A stretch of 64,000 nucleotides of DNA from Candidatus Latescibacterota bacterium (GCA_965248435.1 OZ252100.1:4416001-4480000); one strand, 5' to 3'; counted from the first letter of the stretch, positions 8,672 to 18,660 are shown. Numbers and translations are program-made. The notes: generated from the sequence alone by a model not told the origin.

Positions 8672-10810
8672 TCATTCGTCCAGTTTTTCGGCAGGCCTAT
8701 GGCTATAGAGTGCCCTAAGCAAGGAGCTTGCTTGTCGATTATTCGGATCGAGGGAGAGCGTGGCTCTACAAGCGCGGATGGCTTTGTTGAACTGACCGAG
8801 CCGCATATATGCCAGCGCTAGATTCAAATGAATGTCCACGTTGCCAGGCAAAAGCTCATTGGCCTGTAAAAAGCAGGCGGCCGCCTCCTTGTCGAGGCCC
8901 TGCTTTAAGTAAGTTTTCCCAAGGCCGACCTTAAAATCAGCGTCTTCGGGTAGGATCTCCACTGCCTGTTGCATGAGTTTCAGTGCCTGATCATTTTCTG
9001 CCCCCAGGGAATTGAGGGTATCTACCCAGGCCTTCAGTAAAGCAAGCATGTCCTTGTCCTTGCCCCCGAACTCGAGATACTTGCTCATGTGATGCGCCGC
9101 TCTCTTATAGTCGCCTTTGACGCGATAGAGCTGAGTTAGGCCCTTCTGAGGCAGCCGGTAGGTTGGACTATTGGCGACGGCCCTTGAAAAGTATTCGATC
9201 GCCATATCGAATTCCCTCTTGTGGTAGTACAGGGCCCCAATATTGTAAGGCATTCGTTCGTCTAGGGGAGCTTTTGCGTGCCCCCGTATATAGGAAGCCA
9301 GGGCCTCGTCATTAAGCCCTGCCTCTGCGTAAAAGTTCCCTGTAGTCAGGTCTGGCGGGAAGCGTTTATACGATTCGGCCGGATCATCTTCGAGAATTTG
9401 GGAGAGTCTCTCAATCGATTTGTCGCTGCTATTTATCAGAACCCACGGAATCACATTCAGTGCCGAAAACACGATCGTGACAATCCAAACGTGCTGAGTG
9501 CTCGTGTTCGGGAAATAGGGTCTAAGCGTGTTTACAAGTCCGTATGCAGCCATGCTCATAAGCGGCACTGCCACGATACATTGGAGATCCCAGTCCTTAC
9601 TCCCAAGTTTGTAGTTCAGAACAAAAGAGGCGAATAGCATCGTCGCGGAAGTGATGAACAAGAAAACGAGCGTCTTGTCCGGAGCAACGCATCGTCGTAC
9701 CATCACGGCACAGATGAATAGCAACACTGGCCAAAACATGGGCGCACCCAGCATCTGGGCATTGATCCATTCCCAAAGGTGAACGGCAGAGAGAATCGCG
9801 AAGGTACTGTCCTTAGACGGAATCAAAGGCAAAAGATGTCCGCGGCTTGTAATAGGCTCGTAAACCAATCCGGCGCTACAAACCACCACGATGATTCCCA
9901 TCCAAGGCAGTGCGTTTCCGAAGCGCGGATATTTGTCTGCGAGATGTGAGCACCAGAGGTATACCAGGGCGGGAAGGCAAGCCGCCATTAGGGAATGCAT
10001 CGTTACACCGGCAACAACCCAGAGCGTTGGCCACCAAACGGATCCCTTCCCGCTGAGGTGAAACGATGTGGATAGAATAAATCCGATAAGGAACACAGGA
10101 AGTGGCGCGTATGCTTCGATGTACCCGAAAAAGAGCTGAATCGGGCCTATTAGTATCAAACAACCCGCTGCTACACCCTTTTCAGCCCAGCTGTTTCCAA
10201 CGTGATTGGCCCATAGACAGGTGAGCCAGACGTAGATCCCGCCCCAAATCGTACTGAATACTTGAACGCTGAAGACTGCATCCTTCCCCCAGAGCTTGAA
10301 AAGTCGGTAGAGCCCGATCTGTAGGGCCACAGCACCCCAGCCCTCGGATCCGATTATCCCGTTTTCAACATCACCTACTCTTACATATCCATCGCCCAAA
10401 AAACCATACTTCTGGCGAAAGGCCCAGAACACGATCCAGCTTAAGACCACTGCCACAAAAAATAGCAAATTTTGTGGTTTCCTTGCCAAATCTGTTGGGA
10501 CTGACGGTACCCAATTGAACCACGTGCGATACACCAGCCGGTTCAACTGAGGAACCACTGCAATGGCCGCAACACAATAGGCCAGCGCTGCCATCCAGTT
10601 CGGGTAGAACAGATAGAAGTGGAATCCCCAGTTGCGACGTAGAAAACCCCATCCGTCAGGAACGAGACCCGGTATCACATAGACCGCAAAAAAGTGAAGA
10701 ATCATCAAAGCGGTCGCTGCAACCACTATGATGATTCTAAGGAGTGGATTTGATTCTTTCACTGTGTCATTCCTTGTATAATCCAGATCGCAACCCCTCG
10801 CCTGGACCAC
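8672..10810 (-). CDS. Multi-pass membrane protein (GT-C-like) with C-terminal TPR repeats
   Basis: About 11-13 hydrophobic helices, GFLGDG loop, TPRs such as YNIGALYY..EFDMAIEYFSRAV and NLALAYMRLGQFNKAI. Confidence 0.7.
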   Translation of the reverse strand: MVQARGCDLDYTRNDTVKESNPLLRIIIVVAATALMILHFFAVYVIPGLVPDGWGFLRRNWGFHFYLFYPNWMAALAYCVAAIAVVPQLNRLVYRTWFNWVPSVPTDLARKPQNLLFFVAVVLSWIVFWAFRQKYGFLGDGYVRVGDVENGIIGSEGWGAVALQIGLYRLFKLWGKDAVFSVQVFSTIWGGIYVWLTCLWANHVGNSWAEKGVAAGCLILIGPIQLFFGYIEAYAPLPVFLIGFILSTSFHLSGKGSVWWPTLWVVAGVTMHSLMAACLPALVYLWCSHLADKYPRFGNALPWMGIIVVVCSAGLVYEPITSRGHLLPLIPSKDSTFAILSAVHLWEWINAQMLGAPMFWPVLLFICAVMVRRCVAPDKTLVFLFITSATMLFASFVLNYKLGSKDWDLQCIVAVPLMSMAAYGLVNTLRPYFPNTSTQHVWIVTIVFSALNVIPWVLINSSDKSIERLSQILEDDPAESYKRFPPDLTTGNFYAEAGLNDEALASYIRGHAKAPLDERMPYNIGALYYHKREFDMAIEYFSRAVANSPTYRLPQKGLTQLYRVKGDYKRAAHHMSKYLEFGGKDKDMLALLKAWVDTLNSLGAENDQALKLMQQAVEILPEDADFKVGLGKTYLKQGLDKEAAACFLQANELLPGNVDIHLNLALAYMRLGQFNKAIRACRATLSLDPNNRQASSLLRALYSHRPAEKLDE

Positions 10811-10841
10811 ATGCCCTTATAGCCTACCAGTCGGGACAAGT

Positions 10842-11639
10842 CTACCTTCCTTTGAACCGCGGTTCCCTCTTTTCCTTGAACGCCCTGGCCCCTTCCTGCC
10901 TGTCCTCCGTCGCCTGGATAAGAAGAAAGAGATCTCGTTCGTGGCGCAGGCCTTGAGCGAGGCCCATCTCAAAGCCTTCATCAATGGCAGTCTTTGCCAG
11001 TTGCACTGCCAGGGGAGCAGCGGTCTTGATCTCGTCGGCCAGCTTTTTGGCCTCGCTCATTAAGTCTTCCTGAGCCACGACTCGGTTAATCAGACCGATT
11101 CGATACGCCTCATCAGTATCGATGATCCGCCCCGTAAAGATGAGCTCCTTAGCCCGCCCTATCCCTATAAGCCTGGGCAGTCTTTGAGTTCCTCCCATAC
11201 CAGGGAATATTCCGATCTTGACTTCAGGTTGTCCGAACTTGGCCTTGTCTGAAGCTATTCTCAGATCGCAACAGAGTGCCAGCTCCAGCCCGGCCCCCAA
11301 TGCAAAGCCGTTAATCGCAACGATCGTAGGCTTTTGGAACCCAGCAACGACTTCTGAATACTGCCAGGCTTCAGAATCGCGCCTTCGCAACGCCAGATCC
11401 TGATCTAGATCCTCAGCCAGAAAATACTCCTCAATGTCCGCGCCTGACGAGAAAGCTTTCTCCCCAGAACCTGTCAGGATGGCCACCTGAACTTCAGGGT
11501 CGGTCCCCATTCGAGTGAAGGCATCGATCAATTCGTCGCCCATTCGCCGATTCTGCGCGTTCAACTTGCCCGGTCGGTTTAACGTTACGTACCCGATATT
11601 CTCTCTAACTTCGAACAGGATCGTTTTGTATGGAGTCAT
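10842..11639 (-). CDS. Enoyl-CoA hydratase/isomerase (crotonase family)
   Basis: VTLNRPGKLNA, AFSSGADI, AINGFALGAGLELALCCD, FGQPEVKIGIFPGMGGTQRL; GAGGA RBS before ATG 11639. Confidence 0.92.
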   Translation of the reverse strand: MTPYKTILFEVRENIGYVTLNRPGKLNAQNRRMGDELIDAFTRMGTDPEVQVAILTGSGEKAFSSGADIEEYFLAEDLDQDLALRRRDSEAWQYSEVVAGFQKPTIVAINGFALGAGLELALCCDLRIASDKAKFGQPEVKIGIFPGMGGTQRLPRLIGIGRAKELIFTGRIIDTDEAYRIGLINRVVAQEDLMSEAKKLADEIKTAAPLAVQLAKTAIDEGFEMGLAQGLRHERDLFLLIQATEDRQEGARAFKEKREPRFKGR

Positions 11640-11776
11640 CGTTTCCTCGATGTCGTTAGATGAAGAAGCACAACGGGGATTCCGGCGGCAACCGTTGTCT
11701 GACCTGCCGATTGATCGGTGGGATCTCAACTGTTACATCATCTATAAACCGCGGTTTCGGCTTTAGACCGGGAGGA

Positions 11777-11805
11777 ATTCTAGCACGTAACAGTATGGCT
11801 GTCAA
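11777..11805 (-). promoter_or_regulatory. sigma-70 promoter for crotonase/TPR genes
   Basis: Minus strand TTGACA-17 bp-TAGAAT with TGn. Confidence 0.75.
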
Positions 11806-11938
11806 ACAGATTCACACCACTATTCAACGTTGTAGTCGTCCGTTATTAGATTGGATATATTCTGGGTTGAACCATCATATACATACTGACTTGCCAAGAG
11901 TTTCCTGATATTGGCTGCGTGTAAAAGGTGTGTGTCGA

Positions 11939-12177
11939 TGGGGCCGCCAAAGGCGCATTTTACCACGACGGAGGGAGGCGCAGCCATCAACGAGCAGTTC
12001 CAGGTGCTGGACAAGGACGACCGCCCCGTACCCTGGCTGTATGCCGTGGGACAGAACGGCCTGGGCGGGCAGGTGTTGTGGGGTCACGGGCTGCACATCG
12101 CGTGGGCGATGACGAGCGGACGGCTGGTGGGTGCGCTGCTTGGTCTCGGAGGTGCGGGTGACAAGGGTGTGAGGTAG
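11939..12177 (+). pseudogene. 3'-terminal fragment of an FAD oxidoreductase homologous to 7009-7222
   Basis: GPPKAHFTTTEGGAAINEQFQVLDK...GHGLHIAWAMTSGRLVGALL nearly identical to the C-terminus of 5742-7253; no N-terminus. Confidence 0.9.
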
Positions 12178-12266
12178 CAGATTCGTGTTGGTGGGGCAGA
12201 GGTCAAAAAGAGAGATGTTCATAGAACTTGATCGGGTTAGAAATGGTCTAGTCTGATCGTCGGACG

Positions 12267-14513
12267 TTGATGTTGTGGTTGCCGCCTGTGTTGCTTGGAG
12301 GTGTGCTCAGGTTCTGGGGGATCTCCTTTGGTCTTCCCGGGAACACCCTGCGCCCCGACGAGGATATGGTGGTCTACCCCGCTCTAGCCATGATCGGCGG
12401 CGACATGGACCCCCGCGACTACACCTACCCCACATTCTATAAATATCTCCTGGCCCTGATCTTCAGAGTGTGCATGGCATTGGGAGTAGGCACGGGACAG
12501 GTAGAAGCGGCCTGGCAGTATGCGGCATACGGGTTCTTCGTAGATGGATCGCTGTTCTTCTATCTGGCCAGGAGCGTCACGGCGGCACTAGGCACCCTGA
12601 CGGTGTATACGGTGTTTAGACTAGGGAGCGACGCCTATGGGAAGTGGGTGGGAATTGTAGGCGCGTTATTTTTGAGTGTGAGTGTGCTCCACGTTCGTGA
12701 TTCGCATTTTGGCGTGACGGATGTGCCATCAGTCAGTTTTCTGTTGTTGTCGATGGTTTATGTGGTGCGTGTCGTGCTGAGAGGAGGGGTTCGGGAGTAC
12801 TTGCTGTGTGGTGTTTTCCTCGGATTGGGAGCGTCGACGAAGTATGGAGGGGTGTTGGGTGTTGTGCCTTTAGGCGTCGCGCATCTGAGCCGAAAGCCGA
12901 AAGATGTGGCGCTGTTTCGGTGGGTTCTTGGTCGGGACTTGTGGATTGCGCTGGGAGTATGTGCTTTGGTGTTCGCGGTGACGTCTCCTTATCTCCTGTT
13001 GAATGTGCGTGGTTTCATTCAGGATTTTGGCTTTCAGATGCTTCATCTGTTCGAGTATGGGCACGGTGAAGATCTGGGCAGGGGATGGACGTATCATCCT
13101 CGTGTGTCATTACGGTATGGGATGGGTCTTGTGCTGTTGTTCTTTAGCGTTTCAGGTGTAGCCTTCAGTTGCGTGAGGCGAGAAAAGGTAGACTGGGTAC
13201 TGCTGAGCTATGTGGCTGTCTACTATGCCATTCCCGGTCAGGGCAAGACGGTGTTCTTCAGGTATGTGCTGCCGCTGGTTCCTGTGTTGTGCGTACTGGC
13301 CGGGCGGTTCGTCGTGTGGGCTGCAAATTATAGTATTCTCTCAAGGGGGTATCGCCTTGCGGTCTGCAGTGTCATCGTAATTGTGGGGATGGCGGAGCCG
13401 CTGTGGTCCTGTGTTCGGCTGAACGTGCTGTTCAGCCGGGAAGACACGCGGGTGCTGGCCAGGCAGTGGATCGAAGACCACATCCCAGAGGGACAGAAAA
13501 TTGCCAATGTCGGCGGCATTTACGGGGATGTACAACTAAAGATCCGGCATGGTGTAACCTGGTGGCTATGGCGCTATTTCAACTTCTTTAAAGATCTACC
13601 AGAGCCCATGTTGGCCGACCACCTGACGCGCTACGAAATAGAGATCCCACCCTTCTACGTGTACACGAACATCATCGGTAATCGCAATCTCGGGGCTGGA
13701 TCTCAGGGCCTACTCGAGGTCCTCGAGAATGACGAGGTTGCCTATGTGGTTACTCACCAACATCCCCTGCCTTCTTCCATGGTCAATCCAGAGTTCCTGA
13801 GAGAATTGGAGCGGCGGGCGACGCTGATGTTGACTTTCTCACCGGGTGACTGGGAGGACCTGCAAGGGGCTGTCTATGACCTGCAAGATGCCTTCTATGC
13901 GCCGATTTCAGGCTTTGGAGGATTAGTTCGGACGGGGCCGGTGGTGAAGATCTGGCGTATCGAAGGCAGAGTGGGGTATGTTTTCCGGAAGCCGGGAGGG
14001 ATTCACCGCTTGTTTGCGGAGAACTATATGTGGCTGGGGAATAGCGAGGTGATGAGAGACAATCTGGAAGTCGCAGAGTCGAATTATAAACGGTCTCTGA
14101 GGTTTTATCCGGATCTGGCTCGAGCGCGAATATTTTTGGGTTTGGTATATTTAGTACAGAGTCGCTTTCAGGATGCAAGGCGCGAGATCAAAAGAGCCAT
14201 TGACGAAGGCTTTCCACCGAGGCAGATAGAAAGCACCCTATTCTGGGAGCGGACGAGGAGTGGGGAGCTGTATTCAAAACTGGGGGTGTTGTGGACGATG
14301 CTGAAGGACCATCCGTCTGCGGCGTCGGCTTATATTCGGTCCATTTCTCTGGGCTATCAGCAGCCGGAGGTTTACAATAACCTCGGAGTGGTCTATTTCG
14401 CCATGGAGAAATACGAAGAGGCTGGAGAGGTATTTCGGAAGGCGCTGGAATTAGATCCTGATTATGCCGATGCGAAACACAATCTAGAGCGGTTGACGGC
14501 TCGTGAGAAATGA
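12267..14513 (+). CDS. GT-C glycosyltransferase (ArnT/PMT-like) with C-terminal TPRs
   Basis: LRFWGISFGLP..RPDE, ARSVTAALGTLTV, SHFGVTDVP, GLGASTKY, FRYVLPLVP; TPR YNNLGVVYFAMEKYEEA. Confidence 0.85.
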   Translation: MMLWLPPVLLGGVLRFWGISFGLPGNTLRPDEDMVVYPALAMIGGDMDPRDYTYPTFYKYLLALIFRVCMALGVGTGQVEAAWQYAAYGFFVDGSLFFYLARSVTAALGTLTVYTVFRLGSDAYGKWVGIVGALFLSVSVLHVRDSHFGVTDVPSVSFLLLSMVYVVRVVLRGGVREYLLCGVFLGLGASTKYGGVLGVVPLGVAHLSRKPKDVALFRWVLGRDLWIALGVCALVFAVTSPYLLLNVRGFIQDFGFQMLHLFEYGHGEDLGRGWTYHPRVSLRYGMGLVLLFFSVSGVAFSCVRREKVDWVLLSYVAVYYAIPGQGKTVFFRYVLPLVPVLCVLAGRFVVWAANYSILSRGYRLAVCSVIVIVGMAEPLWSCVRLNVLFSREDTRVLARQWIEDHIPEGQKIANVGGIYGDVQLKIRHGVTWWLWRYFNFFKDLPEPMLADHLTRYEIEIPPFYVYTNIIGNRNLGAGSQGLLEVLENDEVAYVVTHQHPLPSSMVNPEFLRELERRATLMLTFSPGDWEDLQGAVYDLQDAFYAPISGFGGLVRTGPVVKIWRIEGRVGYVFRKPGGIHRLFAENYMWLGNSEVMRDNLEVAESNYKRSLRFYPDLARARIFLGLVYLVQSRFQDARREIKRAIDEGFPPRQIESTLFWERTRSGELYSKLGVLWTMLKDHPSAASAYIRSISLGYQQPEVYNNLGVVYFAMEKYEEAGEVFRKALELDPDYADAKHNLERLTAREK

Positions 14514-14655
14514 CATCCCTACGGCTCACTGTTCGGTCAGGGGTTGGGTGAGGCTCTTCGTGTCGACCAAACCTGCCTTGGTCAAATTGCATCGACGTAG
14601 AGAACGCAGACAATTCTAACGCGAAAATAGCCGGTCCATCCATCGGAGGCAAACC

Positions 14656-15933
14656 ATGCCCGAACTGAAGCCTGAAGCCTACATTGAAGGGAAACCCCTT
14701 CGCCCCGAAAGTTTGATGATGAGCTACGGGTATCAGCCAAGTTTGTCGGAAGGAGCCGTGAAGTGCCCGATTTTTCAGACCTCGACCTTCGTCTTCAAGA
14801 CTGCGGAGGAGGGAAAGGCCTTCTTCGAGCTCGCCCTCGGGATGCGGGAAAAGGGGTTTGAAGAAAAGATCGGCCTCATCTACAGCCGAATCAACAACCC
14901 CGACCTCGAGATACTCGAGGACCGGCTCACCCTCTGGGACGGCGCTGACGCCTGTGCTGTTTTCGAGAGCGGAATGGCCGCCATCAGCACAATGTTTCTG
15001 CAGCTCCTGCGGCCGGGAGATCTATTGCTGCACAGCGAACCCCTGTACGGTGGGACCGACTACTTTATAAAGCGTGTCCTGACCCAGTTCGGAATCCGGT
15101 CTCTCGGCTTCAAAGCAGGCAGCGGGTATGATGAGATCGAAGCCATACTTTCAAAGTCAGGATTATCTGACCGTCTCGCCATGATCTTTGTCGAAACACC
15201 GGCCAATCCTACGAACGAGATTGTGGACATCCGCACGTGCGCCGAGATCGCGGCCAATCAAGCTTCGTCAGACCGGCGCGTGGTCCTCGCCGTCGACAAC
15301 ACCTTTCTGGGCCCCCTCTGGCAGCACCCCCTAGAACACGGCGCCGATCTCGTTCTCTACTCGGCAACGAAATACATCGGCGGGCACAGCGATCTGATCG
15401 CGGGTGTATGCCTTGGGTCCGAGGAGTTGATGGAGCGGGTGAGGACCCTCAGGAGCTTTATGGGAACGATGGCCGGACCTTGGACGGGCTGGCTGCTGCT
15501 CCGGAGCTTGGAGACCTTGAAACTGAGAATGACATGCCAGATGAAGAACGCTCGGTACGTCGCTGATTTCCTTGCCGATCACCCGAAGGTCGAGCGCATT
15601 TACTACCTTGGACATCTCACCGAAAGTGACCCGCAGCACGAGCTCTATCGCCGGCAATGCCTGGCGCCTGGAGCCATGATCTCCTTTGACATCGTAGGCG
15701 GAGAGGCGGAGGCCTTCCGCTTTCTGAATGCCCTTCAGCTCGTCAAGCTGGCGGTGAGCCTGGGCGGCACCGAGTCGCTTGCGGAGCATCCCGCGACCAT
15801 GACTCACGCAGATGTGGATCCTGAGGATCGGACCCATATGGGAATCAGCGAGAAGATGATTCGCCTTTCTGTCGGAGTTGAGAACCCGGAGGACATGGTC
15901 ACCGACCTGGATCAGGCCCTGGCGGCCGTTTAG
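14656..15933 (+). CDS. Cys/Met metabolism PLP enzyme (cystathionine gamma-synthase/methionine gamma-lyase family)
   Basis: IYSRINNP, FESGMAAI, ETPANP, VDNTF, YSATKYIGGHSD, AVSLGGTESL, IRLSVGVE. Confidence 0.92.
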   Translation: MPELKPEAYIEGKPLRPESLMMSYGYQPSLSEGAVKCPIFQTSTFVFKTAEEGKAFFELALGMREKGFEEKIGLIYSRINNPDLEILEDRLTLWDGADACAVFESGMAAISTMFLQLLRPGDLLLHSEPLYGGTDYFIKRVLTQFGIRSLGFKAGSGYDEIEAILSKSGLSDRLAMIFVETPANPTNEIVDIRTCAEIAANQASSDRRVVLAVDNTFLGPLWQHPLEHGADLVLYSATKYIGGHSDLIAGVCLGSEELMERVRTLRSFMGTMAGPWTGWLLLRSLETLKLRMTCQMKNARYVADFLADHPKVERIYYLGHLTESDPQHELYRRQCLAPGAMISFDIVGGEAEAFRFLNALQLVKLAVSLGGTESLAEHPATMTHADVDPEDRTHMGISEKMIRLSVGVENPEDMVTDLDQALAAV

Positions 15934-15982
15934 GCGGGTTGGATCGAGTAGAAGGGCGCTGTTTGGTTTTCAGGTACACGAC

Positions 15983-16011
15983 AAAGACCCCGTGAGTAGT
16001 ACGGGGTCTTT
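15983..16011. terminator. Bidirectional intrinsic terminator
   Basis: AAAGACCCCGT-loop-ACGGGGTCTTT between convergent genes. Confidence 0.8.
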
Positions 16012-16043
16012 CGGATACGAGCTCATTCGATCATCACAGATGG

Positions 16044-16370
16044 TCACGCGTTTCGCTTGCTCTTGATCTCCTTCTTGATGACCTGAATCTGAAGCCGTCG
16101 GTTCAAGTCCTCTTCCCTCTCAGCATCCATTCGGAGGTCCGAGACCCGCTTTCGGAGATCTGAGATCAGCGCTTTAAGGGGTGGAATTCTTTCGTTGATT
16201 TCGTCCCGTATACCGGCCTCAGAGTCGGCCTCTTCTTCCAGATCGCCCGCTTCATTACCGAAGCGGGCGATTATAGGACTGATTTCGAGCGTATAGTTCG
16301 TGTATTCCAGTAAGGTCTTCCCGGCATAGAAGAGTGATCCGAGAATTACCGCAACCAGTATCCATCCCAT
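16044..16370 (-). CDS. Hypothetical protein, N-terminal TM + coiled coil
   Basis: MGWILVAVILGSLFY then heptad-rich charged helix. Confidence 0.7.
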   Translation of the reverse strand: MGWILVAVILGSLFYAGKTLLEYTNYTLEISPIIARFGNEAGDLEEEADSEAGIRDEINERIPPLKALISDLRKRVSDLRMDAEREEDLNRRLQIQVIKKEIKSKRNA

Positions 16371-16435
16371 ATCCTGTTGCCCCCGACGCAAAGGATAGCG
16401 AGTCAGATCAGTTTTGCTTGTAGCAGCCTTCACAA

Positions 16436-16545
16436 AGTATATGGAAATTCGGATTCTGGTCAAGGCACCCCCGGTTTCTCGTGGAGGGTTGAGGCACAGA
16501 AACCCGGCGAATTCGATTGACAATGGCAGACCGGGGACGTAAGTT
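16436..16545. promoter_or_regulatory. Divergent sigma-70 promoters
   Basis: Minus TTGACC-16-TATACT (16463-16436); plus TTGACA-17-TAAGTT (16517-16545). Confidence 0.6.
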
Positions 16546-16676
16546 TACCGCGATTGTTAGTTCTTATTAAACAATATGATGAAAACCCGGAGGCGCGTTT
16601 CTCGCTGAACAGAATTCCGGGACGATAGATCTCTTTTCGAGCGAGTCGTCCCGGCCGCAGGATCGGAGGACTGAAC

Positions 16677-16973
16677 ATGGTCTGGGTATTCCTGATTCTG
16701 ACGCTTGGGTCCGTCACCTACGCAGCTTACATCGTGGCAGAACACTTCAGGGAGTCGACCCTCCTGGATTCACACATCCAGCGGAACGAGGCCGAAAGGT
16801 CCGAGCTCGAAACCAACGTCAAGGCCTCCGAAGATGAACGGGATATCGTTAAGACGAAAGCAGACCAGGTTGAAGGGGAAGTGCGAGAATTGGAGACGAG
16901 GGAGAACGATCTTCAAACTCGGATCAAAGACAGGAAGAAGGAACTCGAACACAGGGGCAAGTTTCGAATTTGA
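16677..16973 (+). CDS. Hypothetical protein, N-terminal TM + coiled coil
   Basis: GGAGGA RBS; MVWVFLILTLGSVTY then charged coiled coil. Confidence 0.75.
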   Translation: MVWVFLILTLGSVTYAAYIVAEHFRESTLLDSHIQRNEAERSELETNVKASEDERDIVKTKADQVEGEVRELETRENDLQTRIKDRKKELEHRGKFRI

Positions 16974-16993
16974 ATCAGCTAGAGGATTGGGCC

Positions 16994-17773
16994 ATGAAAG
17001 CCCTGATTGTGGACGACGAGCCGGCGATACGCCAGGCGCTTGCTGCAATAATGGAACAAGCGGGTTGTGAATCCGTTGATATAGCGTCCAATGGCGAGGA
17101 TGCCCTCAGATCGGCCTTGCAGGCGAAGTATGATCTCGTAACACTCGATATCCGCATGCCAGATGTGAGCGGCGTCGATATTCTTCCGACGATCCGTTCT
17201 ATTTTGCCACACTCGGTCATTGTCATTTTGTCTGCTTACATAGAGGGTATTTCTGAGGTTCATCGCGAGCACGCGGATCTGATCCTCCAAAAACCGTTCA
17301 AGATGGAGAAAATTTCCAGACTCGTGCAACTTGCCAGGGAGATTGCAGAGAAACAGGAACATATCCAGGCTCTCGGCGAGCCGGTCGGGGAACCGCTGCC
17401 GATCGAGTTCGTGGGGATTGCGCGCGAGACAGATAGGTTGGATGAAATCGTCGAGTTTTACCACGACGGGATCGGTCTTGCGGAGGTCGGATCGCAAGAG
17501 CAGACGGATGGAAGTCTGGCCGTCCGGTTTGCAATTCCAGGACAGGAACATCGATTTGATTTCGAGGTTACGGGGCACCGTGGCGAGCGTCCCCAAGCAG
17601 ACCGGATCGTCCTACACGTTGCGCGGGCAGGGATGATCGAAGAGGTCTTGTTTCGACTGGAAGAGATGGGGTATCCAGTGCGCGTGAGGGAGTCGGCGGG
17701 ACGCGAAGGAGCACGCGCAATCGTAGAAGACCCGGATGGGCGGCTCGTTGAATTTGTTACCGCCGGTCTCTGA
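16994..17773 (+). CDS. Response regulator receiver fused to a VOC/glyoxalase (YycE-like) domain
   Basis: ALIVDDE, DLVTLDIRMP, KPF; C-terminal IARETDRLDEIVEFYHDGIGL...EDPDGRLVEF. Confidence 0.75.
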   Translation: MKALIVDDEPAIRQALAAIMEQAGCESVDIASNGEDALRSALQAKYDLVTLDIRMPDVSGVDILPTIRSILPHSVIVILSAYIEGISEVHREHADLILQKPFKMEKISRLVQLAREIAEKQEHIQALGEPVGEPLPIEFVGIARETDRLDEIVEFYHDGIGLAEVGSQEQTDGSLAVRFAIPGQEHRFDFEVTGHRGERPQADRIVLHVARAGMIEEVLFRLEEMGYPVRVRESAGREGARAIVEDPDGRLVEFVTAGL

Positions 17774-17884
17774 AGTCTGGATTGCGTGGACAGGCCTGAA
17801 TGTTGACAGGGGCTGCCAAATTTACTAAATTGCTAATAAATGAAGGACTTGGAGCTCGATCCTGATAGGGGAAGGGACACGCCT

Positions 17885-18660
17885 ATGGACTGGGTTTCGG
17901 TTGTACTTATCGTCGGTTTTGCCGCCTTCTGTTTTCAGATCTTCGCAGTGTTCAGGAAGCAGTCTGCTTTGCTTCAGCCCACGGTCGAGCAGCTGGAGAC
18001 CAGCAGAACGAACGTCGAGCGGCAGATCCAGGAATGTGAACAGGCGACTGAGGAGAGCCTGAGACGAATCGAAAGCCTGAAGAAGGAACTTGACACGCTC
18101 GATGAGCAGCGGCTGGGTCTTCAGGATCAGGTGAATCCAAGAGAAATGGTTCTGATCGAGGCTGGCGATTTCCTTATGGGGGACAATGAGAGCAGCCGCG
18201 ATGAGGAGCCAGAGCACAACGCCTTGCTCAACGCCTACTGGGTAGACCGTTACCCCGTAACCAACCAGGAATACAAGATGTTCGTTGATGTATCCGGGCA
18301 CCGCAAGCCGCCACACTGGACCAGCGGTACATATCAGCTCGAACACGCGCGGCATCCCGTCACGAATATCAGCTGGAACGACGCCATCGCATACGCAGAA
18401 TGGGTTGGAAAGCGGCTCCCATCGGAGGCGGAGCGGAAATGTACTGGAATGGTGTTCCGACTGGTACTTTGACGAGTACTACAAGACGAGCCCGGTTGAC
18501 AACCCAACCGGACCTCAAGGCGGACAGTACCGATCGGTAAGAGGCGGGTTCTACGCAGAAAACAAAATGGGCGTTCGCTGTTGCATCGCGGCATTTCGCC
18601 CCTCCCTCCACGATGCAGGATCACGTAGGCTTTCGATGCGCCAAGACGCCGACAGGATAG
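17885..18660 (+). pseudogene. TM + coiled coil + FGE-sulfatase (SUMF1) domain protein, disrupted
   Basis: FLMGD, YPVTNQEY, HPVTNISW, RLPSEAE then jumps in another frame to GNVLEW (~18433); extra T at ~18581 before ASRHFAPPSTMQDHVGFRCAK. Confidence 0.8.

Noticed and set aside
14514-14655. SAM riboswitch upstream of the Cys/Met PLP enzyme
   Set aside because: SAM-I core motifs are not recognisable by eye; an Infernal scan would settle it
8526-14655. A third att-bounded unit downstream of 8525
   Set aside because: No further att core found by eye, and no recombinase-like tail follows 8525
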